In this document: positions 19,149 through 28,984 of the stretch, in pieces | Position numbering within the stretch: the stretch's first letter is position 1 | Layout of the letters: every line of letters begins with the position of its first letter | NCBI GenBank assembly: GCA_947085285.1 | Contig: CAMTVZ010000138.1 | Span: 330-64,329, forward strand | DNA length: 64,000 bases | Source of the DNA: an uncultured Ignavibacteriota bacterium | Lineage (GTDB): Bacteria; Bacteroidota; Ignavibacteria; UBA10030; BY39 | Direction: 5' to 3' | The notes under the pieces: model-generated | Seen by the model: only the letters and a program-made list of their open reading frames with translations | What the model was told of the DNA's origin: nothing | The model's database searches: none | Program-made: the position numbers and the translations under genes

Positions 19149-21231
19149 TTATCTCCAATTTTCCAATGAATTCTACTCCTGTTTCAGCTGGCAATTCAGT
19201 GAACGATAATACTGTTATATTCGGGAATGCCGTATGAATTAAACGATAAAAATATGGCCGCACAGTCGCAGGACACAAGATGATTGGCTGATAACCCGAT
19301 GTTATAGCATGTTCAATGTTATCTGAAATGCTGTTCTGAATTTCCTGAATAAGACGGGGAGATAGTCCCAAGCTTGGACTGCTTTCTCTTTGATTCTGAA
19401 GTGCGTTTGTAATTAACTTTTCTAATTTCGGGTCCATTGCAATTGCGTGAACAACTCCTTTATCATCTTGAAACAAGCGAGCTATAGTTTCAGACAAAGA
19501 ATGTCGGACGTATTCTGTTAAAACATCTACATTTTTTGTAACCCTTGCATAATCGACTAGCGATTCTAAAATCGTAGCAAGGTCGCGTATTGGAATTCCT
19601 TCCTTCAAGAGGTTTTGCAATACTTTTTGAACTACGCCTGTTGGGAGAAGTTCAGGTGTTAACTCTTCGACTACAGCTGGATATTCTTTTTTAAGATTTT
19701 CAACAAGCCTTTTTGTATCTTGGCGTCCAAGAATTTTATGTGCATTGCGTCGAAGAATTTCTTGCAGATGTGTGGATAAAACAGAAGGAGGTTCGACTAC
19801 AGTATAACCAAGCAATTCGGCCTGATCGCGTTGGTTAGATGTTATCCAAACTGCCGGTAAACCAAATGCCGGTTCTTTTACTTGAATTCCCTCCAGTTTA
19901 TTGTCGGATGAACCTGCATTAATAGCCAGGAAACGATCCATATAAAGAAAATCGGAATTTACAACATTGCCCCGAATTTTGACTATGTATTGGTTAGGAC
20001 TTAATTGAAGGTTATCGCGAACGCGCAAAGGCGGAATTATTATGCCGAGTTCAATTGCAATTTGCTTCCGTATATTTGTAATGCGGTTGAACAAGTCGCC
20101 CCCTTGCGATTCATCGACTAATGAGATAAGCCCAAAACCAATCTCAAGTTCGATAGGGTCAACCTGCAAATAATCTTCAATTTTTTCCTGAACTTCTGTA
20201 ACGGGGGTCTTATTTTCATCAATTGCCAATGCTTCAGCTTTAGTATTTTTCATTTTCACAAAACCTAGTACGCCGGTTGCACCGGAGAGCAATAAAAACG
20301 GAACGGTTGGGAGTCCTGGTATAATTGCAAACAGAAATAATGCACCTGCCGAAATCAACAAAGCTTTTGGGCTACCAATAATTTGCTCGTTTAGTTCATT
20401 ATCAAGTTGTTTTCCCGACGCACTACGTGTAACAACTATACCGGCAGAGGTTCCAACAATTAATGCCGGAATTTGAGTAACGAGCCCGTCGCCGATAGTT
20501 AAGAGGGAATAAGTTTGCAGGGCTGTTGAAAAATCCATTCCCTTTTGAGCCACGCCGATAATAAAGCCCCCCACAATATTAATCATAGTAATCAAGAGGC
20601 CTGCAATGGCGTCGCCTTTTACAAATTTACTTGCACCGTCCATGGCTCCATAAAATTCAGCCTCGCGCGCTATTTCGGCACGGCGTTCACGAGCGTCTTG
20701 TTCAGTAATTAAGCCAGCATTCATATCGGCATCAATCGCCATTTGTTTACCGGGCATAGCATCTAAAGTAAAACGAGCCGAAACCTCAGCTATACGCCCA
20801 GCCCCTTTTACAATAACGATGAATTGAATAATTAAAAGTATAAGGAAGATAATGAAGCCAACTACATAATTTCCCTTTACAACAAAATTACCGAATGCGT
20901 TAATAACTTCGCCAGCGTAAGCTTCCCCCAAAATTAAACGTGTGGAAGATATATTTAATGCCAGCCTGAAAATTGTAACAATCAGCAATAAACCGGGAAA
21001 AACTGACAATTCGAGAGGGTGCTTAATATAAAGAGCAACCATCAGAATCAGAATCGCAAAAGTGATATTCAAGGTAAGCAGAATATCCAGCACAATCGAA
21101 GGCATCGGCAAAATCATCAATGCGAGTATAACGATAACTCCAGCCGCAAGAATTATATGCGAAAACATACCAAATAATTTACTACCGTTGCCAGTTAAAT
21201 TGTTTGTGCTATTTGTTGATTTATTTTTCAC
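19135..21231 (-). CDS. flhA: Flagellar export gate protein FlhA.
   Basis: At 698 aa it has an N-terminal 8-TM domain and a C-terminal cytoplasmic domain. Confidence 0.95.
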   Translation of the reverse strand: MKNKSTNSTNNLTGNGSKLFGMFSHIILAAGVIVILALMILPMPSIVLDILLTLNITFAILILMVALYIKHPLELSVFPGLLLIVTIFRLALNISSTRLILGEAYAGEVINAFGNFVVKGNYVVGFIIFLILLIIQFIVIVKGAGRIAEVSARFTLDAMPGKQMAIDADMNAGLITEQDARERRAEIAREAEFYGAMDGASKFVKGDAIAGLLITMINIVGGFIIGVAQKGMDFSTALQTYSLLTIGDGLVTQIPALIVGTSAGIVVTRSASGKQLDNELNEQIIGSPKALLISAGALFLFAIIPGLPTVPFLLLSGATGVLGFVKMKNTKAEALAIDENKTPVTEVQEKIEDYLQVDPIELEIGFGLISLVDESQGGDLFNRITNIRKQIAIELGIIIPPLRVRDNLQLSPNQYIVKIRGNVVNSDFLYMDRFLAINAGSSDNKLEGIQVKEPAFGLPAVWITSNQRDQAELLGYTVVEPPSVLSTHLQEILRRNAHKILGRQDTKRLVENLKKEYPAVVEELTPELLPTGVVQKVLQNLLKEGIPIRDLATILESLVDYARVTKNVDVLTEYVRHSLSETIARLFQDDKGVVHAIAMDPKLEKLITNALQNQRESSPSLGLSPRLIQEIQNSISDNIEHAITSGYQPIILCPATVRPYFYRLIHTAFPNITVLSFTELPAETGVEFIGKLEINDEY

Positions 21232-21232
21232 T

Positions 21233-22309
21233 TTAGTTATTATTTTTCATTCGATAAACTAATGCTAACAATTGTGCTACAGCTTGGAACAGCTTTTCAG
21301 GAATTTGTTCCCCCACATCAACTGATTGATAAAGTAAGCGTGCTAATGGTTTATCTTCGATAACCGGCACATTATTTTCATTTGCTAAGTCTCGGATTTT
21401 TTGGGCTATAAGTTCGCCCCCCTTTGCCACTACTTTTGGCGCAGCCATTTTTTCAACATCATATTTTAAGGCTATAGCAATGTGAGTTGGGTTGGTTACA
21501 ACCACGTCGGCTTTGGGAACCTCCTGCATCATTCGTTTGTAAGCAATCTGACGCTGAATAGTTCGGATGCGACTCTTGATTAACGGATCGCCTTCGTTTT
21601 GTTTGTTCTCATCTTTTATTTCCTGCTTCGTCATCCTAAGTTCACGCTCATAATCATACCTTTGATATAAAAAATCTGCTAATGCTATAACGACGTAAGC
21701 AACACCAATCGTCATACTTATACCTAAGGTAGTTCGCCCGATGAAACCGACTATCGAATTTATATCGGCATCGGCTAATCCCATTGCTTCTTTCATTGCA
21801 TCACTCAGTGCAAAAAAAGCTATAATTCCCAAAAGCGAAATTTTGATTAAGCCCTTTAATAACTCAACCAGAGCTCTACTTGAGAACACAACTTTTTTGA
21901 TTCCATTAATCGGATTTAGTTTTTGCCAATTTGGCTTTAATGCTTCACTCGAAATTACAAAACCAACTTGAGTAAAGCTTGTGGTTAAACCTATTATCAC
22001 CAGACCTAACGATAAGGGGGCGAGAGAAAGAAGAACGCTACTTATGCTTTCGACAAACAACTTGTGAAAATTATTCGCCGTTAAATTGATACTTCCAGCG
22101 GTTGCAAATAATGCCCGCGAAGTTGAGGCGATTTGTTCGACAATTCCCGATCCGCTGAAATACAGAATGAACAGTCCAAAAAGCAGGATTACCGCCGAGT
22201 TCAAATCGATGCTCTTGGCAACTTTACCTTTTTTCCGCGAGTCTTCCTTTTTTTTCGGAGTTGCCGGTTCGGTTTTTTCTTGAAATTGACTGCCTTGTTC
22301 TTCTGCCAT
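21233..22309 (-). CDS. flhB: Flagellar export protein FlhB.
   Basis: The autocleavage motif appears as VVTNPTHIAIALKY. Length is 358 aa. Confidence 0.9.
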   Translation of the reverse strand: MAEEQGSQFQEKTEPATPKKKEDSRKKGKVAKSIDLNSAVILLFGLFILYFSGSGIVEQIASTSRALFATAGSINLTANNFHKLFVESISSVLLSLAPLSLGLVIIGLTTSFTQVGFVISSEALKPNWQKLNPINGIKKVVFSSRALVELLKGLIKISLLGIIAFFALSDAMKEAMGLADADINSIVGFIGRTTLGISMTIGVAYVVIALADFLYQRYDYERELRMTKQEIKDENKQNEGDPLIKSRIRTIQRQIAYKRMMQEVPKADVVVTNPTHIAIALKYDVEKMAAPKVVAKGGELIAQKIRDLANENNVPVIEDKPLARLLYQSVDVGEQIPEKLFQAVAQLLALVYRMKNNN

Positions 22310-22311
22310 CT

Positions 22312-23079
22312 TTACATTAATTCGATTAATTGAATGATATTGTTTTCGAAGACGCTCAACAATTTTTTAAAAGTATATATCAGTAACGGCGAGGTAACCA
22401 TGAGGGCAACTATACCTACACCGATTTTCAGGGGAAAACTTAAACTGAAGATGTGAAGCTGCGGCATCATACGAGAGAGGATACCCAGAACTATGTTAAC
22501 CAAAAAACCTGCTACAATTACTGGAGCCGCAATTTTAACAGCAATAACAAATACCAACCCAACCATTTCTATCATCTTGAACTGAACCGCTGTACTAATA
22601 ACGTATGACCCCAGCGGAACTGCCTGATAGCTTAATTGTAGGGCTTGAATTACAAAATGGTGCCCATTTATAGCAAGAAATATCAGCATCATAAAGAGAT
22701 ATAGAAACTCGCCAATTAATGGAAAGTTTTGATTTTCATTAGCATTGAAAACATTGGCAAATGAAAACCCCAGGTCGAATCCTATTAAATCACCTGCATA
22801 TCGAACTGCGGCAAAAATAAGCCCGGTTGCAAAGCCGATTATCAACCCAACTATAACTTCTTGTAAAATTAAAATTACGAGGGGAAATAATTGTAGATTT
22901 GTAATCACATCAGCATTTTGTGAAATCGGAAACATTACGAATGCTAAAAATATTCCGAGTCCGACTTTTAATTGCAGCGGAACCGTCTGATGACCGAACA
23001 ATGGCGCCAGAACTATCAACGAAGTAATTCGTGCGAACAAAAGGAGAAACGTGATAAATTGTGTGATGTATATTTCCAT
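22312..23079 (-). CDS. fliR: FliR.
   Basis: A polytopic membrane protein placed between fliQ and flhB. Confidence 0.85.
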   Translation of the reverse strand: MEIYITQFITFLLLFARITSLIVLAPLFGHQTVPLQLKVGLGIFLAFVMFPISQNADVITNLQLFPLVILILQEVIVGLIIGFATGLIFAAVRYAGDLIGFDLGFSFANVFNANENQNFPLIGEFLYLFMMLIFLAINGHHFVIQALQLSYQAVPLGSYVISTAVQFKMIEMVGLVFVIAVKIAAPVIVAGFLVNIVLGILSRMMPQLHIFSLSFPLKIGVGIVALMVTSPLLIYTFKKLLSVFENNIIQLIELM

Positions 23080-23348
23080 TAATTTATTAAAGTTGGAATT
23101 TGATTAAAAAGATTTTTTGTAAACGACACCATAATATCAATCATCCATGGAAACAATAATACTATAATTAGACCGGTAATAACTATTTTCGGAATAAATG
23201 TAAGTGTAAACTCTTGAATTGAAGTAGCCGCCTGAAAGATAGAGATTACCAAGCCGACAATAAGCGACATTATTAAAATTGGAGCTGACACTAACAACAT
23301 TGTATAAAGTGCTTCACGAAAAAGATGTATTATAAATTCTTCTGTCAT
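23079..23348 (-). CDS. fliQ: FliQ.
   Basis: An 89 aa two-TM protein. Size and position match FliQ. Confidence 0.9.
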   Translation of the reverse strand: MTEEFIIHLFREALYTMLLVSAPILIMSLIVGLVISIFQAATSIQEFTLTFIPKIVITGLIIVLLFPWMIDIMVSFTKNLFNQIPTLIN

Positions 23349-23366
23349 ACTTGCATTCCTAAAATT

Positions 23367-24116
23367 TTATTTAAAACTATTCATTAAAGAACCGACTAAT
23401 AAATTCCAACCGTCAACAAGAATAAAGAGGAGAACTTTGAACGGGAGCGAAATCATAATAGGGGGTAACATCATCATCCCCATCGACATCAGCACGCTTG
23501 CCACCACCAGATCAATTATCAGAAAGGGAATAAAAATTATAAAGCCGATTTGAAAACCTGTTCTAAGTTCGCTAATCGCATAGGCTGGAACGAGCACATA
23601 AGTTGGAATATCATTCCGGTTTTCCGGTTTTTCAAGCTTTGCCATTTTTACAAACAATGCCAGATCTTCTTCGCGTGTGTGTTTGAACATAAACTCACGT
23701 AACGGTTCAACACCCTTGTCGTACGCTTGCTGAAGATTTATTTTATTATTAAGATACGGTTGTAATGCTACTTCGTTGATTTTGTTCCAAGTAGGTGCCA
23801 TGATAAAGAATGTCAGAAACAGAGCCAAGCCTATCATTATTTGGGCAGGCGGCATTTGCGGAGTTCCTAATGCTTGTTTGGTAAAGTGAAAAACTATTAT
23901 AATGCGTGTAAAGGCTGTGGTTAAAATTAAGATTGCCGGAGCCAACGAAAGAATAGTCATTAAAAAAAGGATTTGCAAGGTAAGCGAAACATCTTGGGGA
24001 TTAGCAGCCTTGCCTACTTCGACCGACAATTTTGGGAACGGCATTGTTTCGGGTTGGGCTGCTGCACTTCCAACGAGAACAATAGTAAAAAATAATATAT
24101 GTAAAAATCTATTCAT
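23367..24116 (-). CDS. fliP: FliP.
   Basis: A signal peptide is followed by conserved FliP TM regions (FTRIIIVF...GLALFLTFFIM). Confidence 0.9.
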   Translation of the reverse strand: MNRFLHILFFTIVLVGSAAAQPETMPFPKLSVEVGKAANPQDVSLTLQILFLMTILSLAPAILILTTAFTRIIIVFHFTKQALGTPQMPPAQIMIGLALFLTFFIMAPTWNKINEVALQPYLNNKINLQQAYDKGVEPLREFMFKHTREEDLALFVKMAKLEKPENRNDIPTYVLVPAYAISELRTGFQIGFIIFIPFLIIDLVVASVLMSMGMMMLPPIMISLPFKVLLFILVDGWNLLVGSLMNSFK

Positions 24117-24517
24117 TATTTACCGTCCTTAAGCTTTGATACTGCCGAACTTAGATATTTGCTGAACACAGAAATAAGCCCCGAGTTTTCCGATGCGAAC
24201 CCTTCTTGCTTTTCAGCAAGAAGCCCCGCTTCGTTACCTTGACCCATCTTATCAACGTTTTCCTTATCGCTAATTTCAGTTAAATTAAAAATTCCTTTTT
24301 CGGTTACTCCGACTACAAATATTTTATTCAACACTTTTAACACATATATAGTATGCCGTGGCTGCAGCGATTGTCTTCCTAATACTTCGATATTTATGGA
24401 GTTTTTTACTGATATCTTTCCGTTAAGAGAATAATTTTTAAAACCCCAGGCAATAGCGAGCATTAAACCGAGCACGGCTAAAAGGGAAAATAGAGTTTTT
24501 ATTAATACCGATTCCAT
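24116..24517 (-). CDS. fliO: FliO (FliZ-like).
   Basis: A single TM segment is followed by the LGRQSLQPRHTIYVLKVLNKIFVVGVTEKGI motif. Confidence 0.6.
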   Translation of the reverse strand: MESVLIKTLFSLLAVLGLMLAIAWGFKNYSLNGKISVKNSINIEVLGRQSLQPRHTIYVLKVLNKIFVVGVTEKGIFNLTEISDKENVDKMGQGNEAGLLAEKQEGFASENSGLISVFSKYLSSAVSKLKDGK

Positions 24518-24519
24518 TC

Positions 24520-24837
24520 TTATTGCCCAAAATTCTTTATGCGTTCCTTAGCATCTGCAATATCCGTAACGCGAATACCAAATTGTTTATCAATCACTAC
24601 AACTTCACCTTCAGCCATCTTCTTTCCGTTCACAATTATGTCGAGTGCTTCCCCAACTCTTTTATCCAGCTCGATAACTGTACCACGCTGAAGCTCGAGA
24701 ACTTCTTTTATCTTCAACGAAGTTCTGCCTAATTCGATTGATACAGGAAGTTGAAGGTCCATGAGTAAATCGAGTTTAATTTCCCCTTCACCATTAGTAG
24801 GCTTCGATTCGAGTTGTTGAAATTCCATATCTTGCAT
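24520..24837 (-). CDS. fliN: Switch protein FliN.
   Basis: SpoA-type C-terminus: GTVIELDKRVGEALDIIVNGKKMAEGEVVVID. Confidence 0.85.
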   Translation of the reverse strand: MQDMEFQQLESKPTNGEGEIKLDLLMDLQLPVSIELGRTSLKIKEVLELQRGTVIELDKRVGEALDIIVNGKKMAEGEVVVIDKQFGIRVTDIADAKERIKNFGQ

Positions 24838-24853
24838 AATAAATTTCCTTTCC

Positions 24854-25831
24854 TTATTCTGTAGATGTATTTGTTATACTGACTGCCAAGTGTCCATTCG
24901 ATACGCCCGGTTTTCCTTTTAATTTTAGTTTATTTCCTATCATAATGGTTACTTCGCCATTTACAGGAATTTTCGTACGTATAATATCCCCCAGCTTTAA
25001 CTCAAGTAGTTCTCGAATCGACACTGTGGATGTGGCAAGCACAACTACACTCTCTAATGTAGTTTGATACAATTGTTGTTTTACATATTCACTATGAGGT
25101 TTATTTGCTTTTTTGGCTTTCTGTTTATCTTCTATATCGCTGTTTAAATTAGAAAGCATTTTATTTATAGCTGCAATCGGATAAACGATATTCAAATTGA
25201 AATTATGTTTCTCGAAAATTATTTCGAAGGATGTAATAAGCATTACTTCGGTTGGAAGCGATATCTGAAGATATTCGGAGTCGGTTTCAAATCGATTCAT
25301 CGAGAAAGTGCTGATACTGTGTTTTTCCCAAGCGCACTGAAGTTCGTTAAGAATTTTTTCGGCAACTTTTTTGAAAACCATTTGTTCGAGAAGTGTTAAT
25401 GTGCGGGATTTAAAGTTAGCCTCCTGTCGACCGCCTAAGAGACTTGCGACAATAAATAGAGCAAAACTTGAGTTAAACTCAATAATTGCGGAAGCATCAA
25501 ATTGGTTGATTGTAAAAACATAAGCAGCAACCGGGTTAGGAACGGTGAGGAGGTATTCAGAAAGATAAAGCGAATTTGTTCCGAGTGGATTTATTGAAAT
25601 CTGTTTTTCTAAATTTGAAAAGAAATATTTTTCGACATTGACCGCAAATTTTTTATTAACAGTCTGTAATACTCGAAGCTGATTTTCAGGAAGTTGCTGC
25701 GGACTTTGGAAATCGAATTTCTTCGCTTCTATATTTTTACCTTGCTTATCAATATTACTGCTTACTACGCTAACAGATGCCGCCTCAGTAAGCAAAACAT
25801 CTATTTCCTGTTGTGTTAATAATTTCGACAT
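24854..25831 (-). CDS. fliM: Switch protein FliM.
   Basis: The N-terminus reads LTQQEIDVLL. Length is 325 aa. The C-terminal FliN-like domain is present. Confidence 0.85.
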   Translation of the reverse strand: MSKLLTQQEIDVLLTEAASVSVVSSNIDKQGKNIEAKKFDFQSPQQLPENQLRVLQTVNKKFAVNVEKYFFSNLEKQISINPLGTNSLYLSEYLLTVPNPVAAYVFTINQFDASAIIEFNSSFALFIVASLLGGRQEANFKSRTLTLLEQMVFKKVAEKILNELQCAWEKHSISTFSMNRFETDSEYLQISLPTEVMLITSFEIIFEKHNFNLNIVYPIAAINKMLSNLNSDIEDKQKAKKANKPHSEYVKQQLYQTTLESVVVLATSTVSIRELLELKLGDIIRTKIPVNGEVTIMIGNKLKLKGKPGVSNGHLAVSITNTSTE

Positions 25832-25842
25832 TTGAAAAGTAA

Positions 25843-26358
25843 TTACTGAATTATGAATTTGCTGAAATACACATTCGTTGGTTTCCCGAGTTTCAATATC
25901 TTTGCTATCTCTGCTGATATTTCTTTTCGTATCGCATCACGTTTCGACATATCTGCTAATTCCTCTAAATGTTTGCTTCCTAAAACTGTGTTCAAAATAT
26001 CTCTCACAACAATTTCTTTATTTTGAATTTCACGCAACACTTCGGTCGAAGGGACTTCAACACCAATTGTTGTCAAAAGAAATTTCGCTCCACCTGACGA
26101 AGCGGGGTTAATGATTAAATCTTTTAATACAAACATTTGTAGATCCACAGGTGGGGCATGCTCAGTTTCTAAAGGCAATGTCTCTGTCTTTTGCGATACT
26201 ACTGCGGGAGCAATTAATTTTGCCACTAAAAAATAGACGACCACTATCTGCACAATCAAAATAGGGAGGCCAATAATTAATATTTTTTTGAACAAATCTG
26301 CTTTTTTAGGAGATTCGTTTGTTGGGTTTGATTCAATTGTTGCTGTTTCGTTTTCCAT
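25843..26358 (-). CDS. fliL: FliL.
   Basis: A single-TM basal-body protein. It is the first gene after a 202-nt intergenic region. Confidence 0.75.
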   Translation of the reverse strand: MENETATIESNPTNESPKKADLFKKILIIGLPILIVQIVVVYFLVAKLIAPAVVSQKTETLPLETEHAPPVDLQMFVLKDLIINPASSGGAKFLLTTIGVEVPSTEVLREIQNKEIVVRDILNTVLGSKHLEELADMSKRDAIRKEISAEIAKILKLGKPTNVYFSKFIIQ

Positions 26359-26380
26359 AATATTTTTTTTTCACTATTAA

Positions 26381-26396
26381 TTCAATTCTTGTGCCA
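26381..26396 (-). promoter_or_regulatory. Putative sigma-54 promoter of the fliL-fliM-...-flhA operon (TGGCAC-N5-TTGAA).
   Basis: The minus strand reads TGGCACAAGAATTGAA, about 22 nt upstream of the fliL ATG. It has the same box and the same -12 variant as upstream of flgB. The leader would be very short. Confidence 0.4.
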
Positions 26397-26461
26397 AGCC
26401 ATTTTCTTACGTATTCATTGAAAAAATAGATTTTTAGATGGTAATAACTGTTCTGTGGCGA

Positions 26462-26489
26462 ATATCGGGCAGGTGTTGGATAAAATATA
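26462..26489 (-). promoter_or_regulatory. Sigma-28-like promoter upstream of fliL that parallels the flagellin promoter.
   Basis: The minus strand reads TATA-N15/16-(G)CCCGATAT and contains the CCGATA core. The plus-strand layout mirrors the flagellin region. The same G-tract motif sits immediately 5' of it. Confidence 0.3.
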
Positions 26490-26503
26490 GGGGGATAAAG
26501 AAT
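26490..26503 (-). promoter_or_regulatory. G-tract motif copy 3 (plus strand GGGGGATAAAGAAT), upstream of fliL.
   Basis: It abuts the sigma-28-like -35 and lies about 100 nt upstream of the sigma-54-like box. Confidence 0.4.
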
Positions 26504-26560
26504 TTATGATATAATTGAGTGTAGAATATTAGCCAAGTTAACTCTGCCGGATTGTGTATG

Positions 26561-27787
26561 TTATGGAATGGAATATTTTACACGTATAGGCTCTTTGATC
26601 GAGTCGCTCTTTTGCCATTGAAGAATCATTTTAATAAAAGTCTCGGTTAATATCGAGTATGAGCGAATTAGACACAGCCCATTTCTTGTTACGATATCCT
26701 GCATTAAAATCATTCCTGCCTGTAGCTCTTCAACGGTAACGTATTTTTCAACTTCATTCTTTTGTTGTTGGCTTTGCTCTGTTCCGAAAAATAAGTTCAA
26801 TAATTCTGGGTCATAAATATCGTTAGTGCTTACTAATTTTTTGTATAAATCACTCCCCTTATTATTCAAAGATATAAGTTTATCCATATCAATTAAGATA
26901 CGAAGCAACCGTGAGCCAAGAGGTAATTCGTTTCGACATACTTTTTCGAGTACCGGTTCCCCCTTTCCACTGTAATCTTTTTTACTAAAACGAATAATTC
27001 GTGCTACATTTTTAAATTTTGGTATGTTCTCAATCAGAGCCGCACCAAGAAGCTGGTGATTTTTTGCTTCAGCAAACCTTTCGATAGCCGATAGTCCCTC
27101 TTTGTTAAGTATAACTTGTATCCATGCTGGCAAAACAGCCACGCCAATATTGAATAAATCGAAAGCACTTTCAATCTCCCAACGTTCTAATTCACTTAAG
27201 GGGGGCAATTTTTTCAAAAAAACATTCCCTAATTGTCGTACTCGCATTGTTTGAGCATTTGCCTCGGGATTGATATAGACAATTAAGTCGCTCAGCAAGC
27301 GAACAGTACCACCAACTGTTCCACTGAGAAGCTCGTTAAGTTGAGAGTTTTTCGACTTAAGTACATTCAGTAAATATTTGTTTTCTTGTAATAGATTGTA
27401 TTTTTCAAGAGAATCTCTGAGTAGTTTTTTTAGGTCGTTATCATTCCATGGTTTATTTATATAATGACTGATTTTACCGATATTGATTGCCCGCAGTGTG
27501 TCGTCGAAATCGGCATACCCTGTAATCATTATTCGGATTGTTTCAGGGGAATATTCTGACACGGTTTGTAGTACTTTAACTCCATCTACTACCGGCATTC
27601 TCTGGTCTGAAAATACTACTGCGAAAGGGCCATGTAGATTGAGATAATCCTCTATTCTCTCAGATTTATCAAGAAGATGAATGTCGCAGTTTTCGTTGCG
27701 CATAAGGGAGCGAAAAGCCGAAAGAAGATTAGGTTCGTCATCAACATATAGAATTTTTCGATTTTGAGTATAAGTATCAGTTAGCAT
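26561..27787 (-). CDS. Response regulator with a receiver domain and a highly degenerate HD-GYP-like C-terminal domain.
   Basis: The REC domain reads ILYVDDEPN...FSDQRMPVVDG. The C-terminus reads DYSGKGEP where DGSGYP would be expected. No HD dyad is present. Confidence 0.6.
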   Translation of the reverse strand: MLTDTYTQNRKILYVDDEPNLLSAFRSLMRNENCDIHLLDKSERIEDYLNLHGPFAVVFSDQRMPVVDGVKVLQTVSEYSPETIRIMITGYADFDDTLRAINIGKISHYINKPWNDNDLKKLLRDSLEKYNLLQENKYLLNVLKSKNSQLNELLSGTVGGTVRLLSDLIVYINPEANAQTMRVRQLGNVFLKKLPPLSELERWEIESAFDLFNIGVAVLPAWIQVILNKEGLSAIERFAEAKNHQLLGAALIENIPKFKNVARIIRFSKKDYSGKGEPVLEKVCRNELPLGSRLLRILIDMDKLISLNNKGSDLYKKLVSTNDIYDPELLNLFFGTEQSQQQKNEVEKYVTVEELQAGMILMQDIVTRNGLCLIRSYSILTETFIKMILQWQKSDSIKEPIRVKYSIP

Positions 27788-27790
27788 AAA

Positions 27791-28984
27791 TTAAACCTTG
27801 ATTTTATTTAGCCATTTTTCTATAACATCCTGATTTTCGGCAGCATCGTTCAATTCTAACATTTCAGCGATCTGCATAATTTTAGAAATTTCGTTTCCAT
27901 TTTGATTAATATGATGGGATACTACAGCATCGATAATTTCTTCAGGATAATTCCATAGACGTAAAAGCTCGGCACTTATTTGTTCATGAGAAATTGGAAA
28001 AATTTTTTTGTCGGCTTCTGACAGTTTTATTTTTTCAGATTTTTGGATTGAAAGCATTTTTTCGTACTTCTCAAAATCTGAACAGATTCTGACTAACAAC
28101 CCAATATCTTGTAGCATCGATGCCACGTAAACTGTTTGTGAATCAACGGGGGTGCTCCAATGGGCCGATACCTCTTTCGCAAACAATGCACGTTTTAAAG
28201 CATTATCCCAAAATATTTCGACCTGTTTTTGAACTTCATCTGGTAAATCTTTCATCAAATTCTGATACATATCGATCGCTAAGGCGAGAATTTGTACGTA
28301 CGAGGTCCCTATAAAAATGATAGCATCCCTAATGCTTGAAATATGTTTATAAGAAGCGTAATAAACAGAATTAGCAATTTGTAATACTTTAGCTATAAGT
28401 ACCGGGTTTTGCCTGACCTCTTCGACAAGTTCGTTGAGGGAGCTTTCTTTTTTATTTAAAAAAGAATGGAATCGTTCGTTAAACTTTTTTGAGGGGGGTA
28501 AATTATTGAACTTCAATAAAACATCCGACAACTTTTCGCTACGTAGTTCGTTTTGCAGTTTTATCGTTTTCGAAATGTAGTTCTTTAGCGTTGCATCGTC
28601 CCACGGTTTTAAAAAGTATTGATTAGCCAATCCATTACTCAACGCATCTAAAATTATTTCTTTTTCTTCATAACCACTTACTATTACACGAATAGCATCG
28701 GGGCAAATTTCTTTTGCCACTCTTAACAAATCAAGCCCCCCTATTTCAGGCATTCGCATGTCGGTTAGAATTATATCCACATTATAATTTTCGAACTGAG
28801 AAATTGCTTCTTTGGCAGAAGTAAATTGTAAAATGTTATAACCCTCATGTCGAAACAACCGACTTAATGCCGAAAGTATGGCTTGCTCGTCATCTATAAA
28901 AAATAATGTTGTTTGAACATTAAACGATAATTTTTGAATTTCTTTTTTTTCAGAATTAAACATTTTTATTCTATAGGCTCCCAT
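27791..28984 (-). CDS. Response regulator with a receiver domain and an HDOD domain.
   Basis: The REC domain reads LFFIDDEQAI...LTDMRMPEIGG. The HDOD domain reads NELVEEVRQNPVLIAKVLQIANSVYYAS. Confidence 0.75.
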   Translation of the reverse strand: MGAYRIKMFNSEKKEIQKLSFNVQTTLFFIDDEQAILSALSRLFRHEGYNILQFTSAKEAISQFENYNVDIILTDMRMPEIGGLDLLRVAKEICPDAIRVIVSGYEEKEIILDALSNGLANQYFLKPWDDATLKNYISKTIKLQNELRSEKLSDVLLKFNNLPPSKKFNERFHSFLNKKESSLNELVEEVRQNPVLIAKVLQIANSVYYASYKHISSIRDAIIFIGTSYVQILALAIDMYQNLMKDLPDEVQKQVEIFWDNALKRALFAKEVSAHWSTPVDSQTVYVASMLQDIGLLVRICSDFEKYEKMLSIQKSEKIKLSEADKKIFPISHEQISAELLRLWNYPEEIIDAVVSHHINQNGNEISKIMQIAEMLELNDAAENQDVIEKWLNKIKV

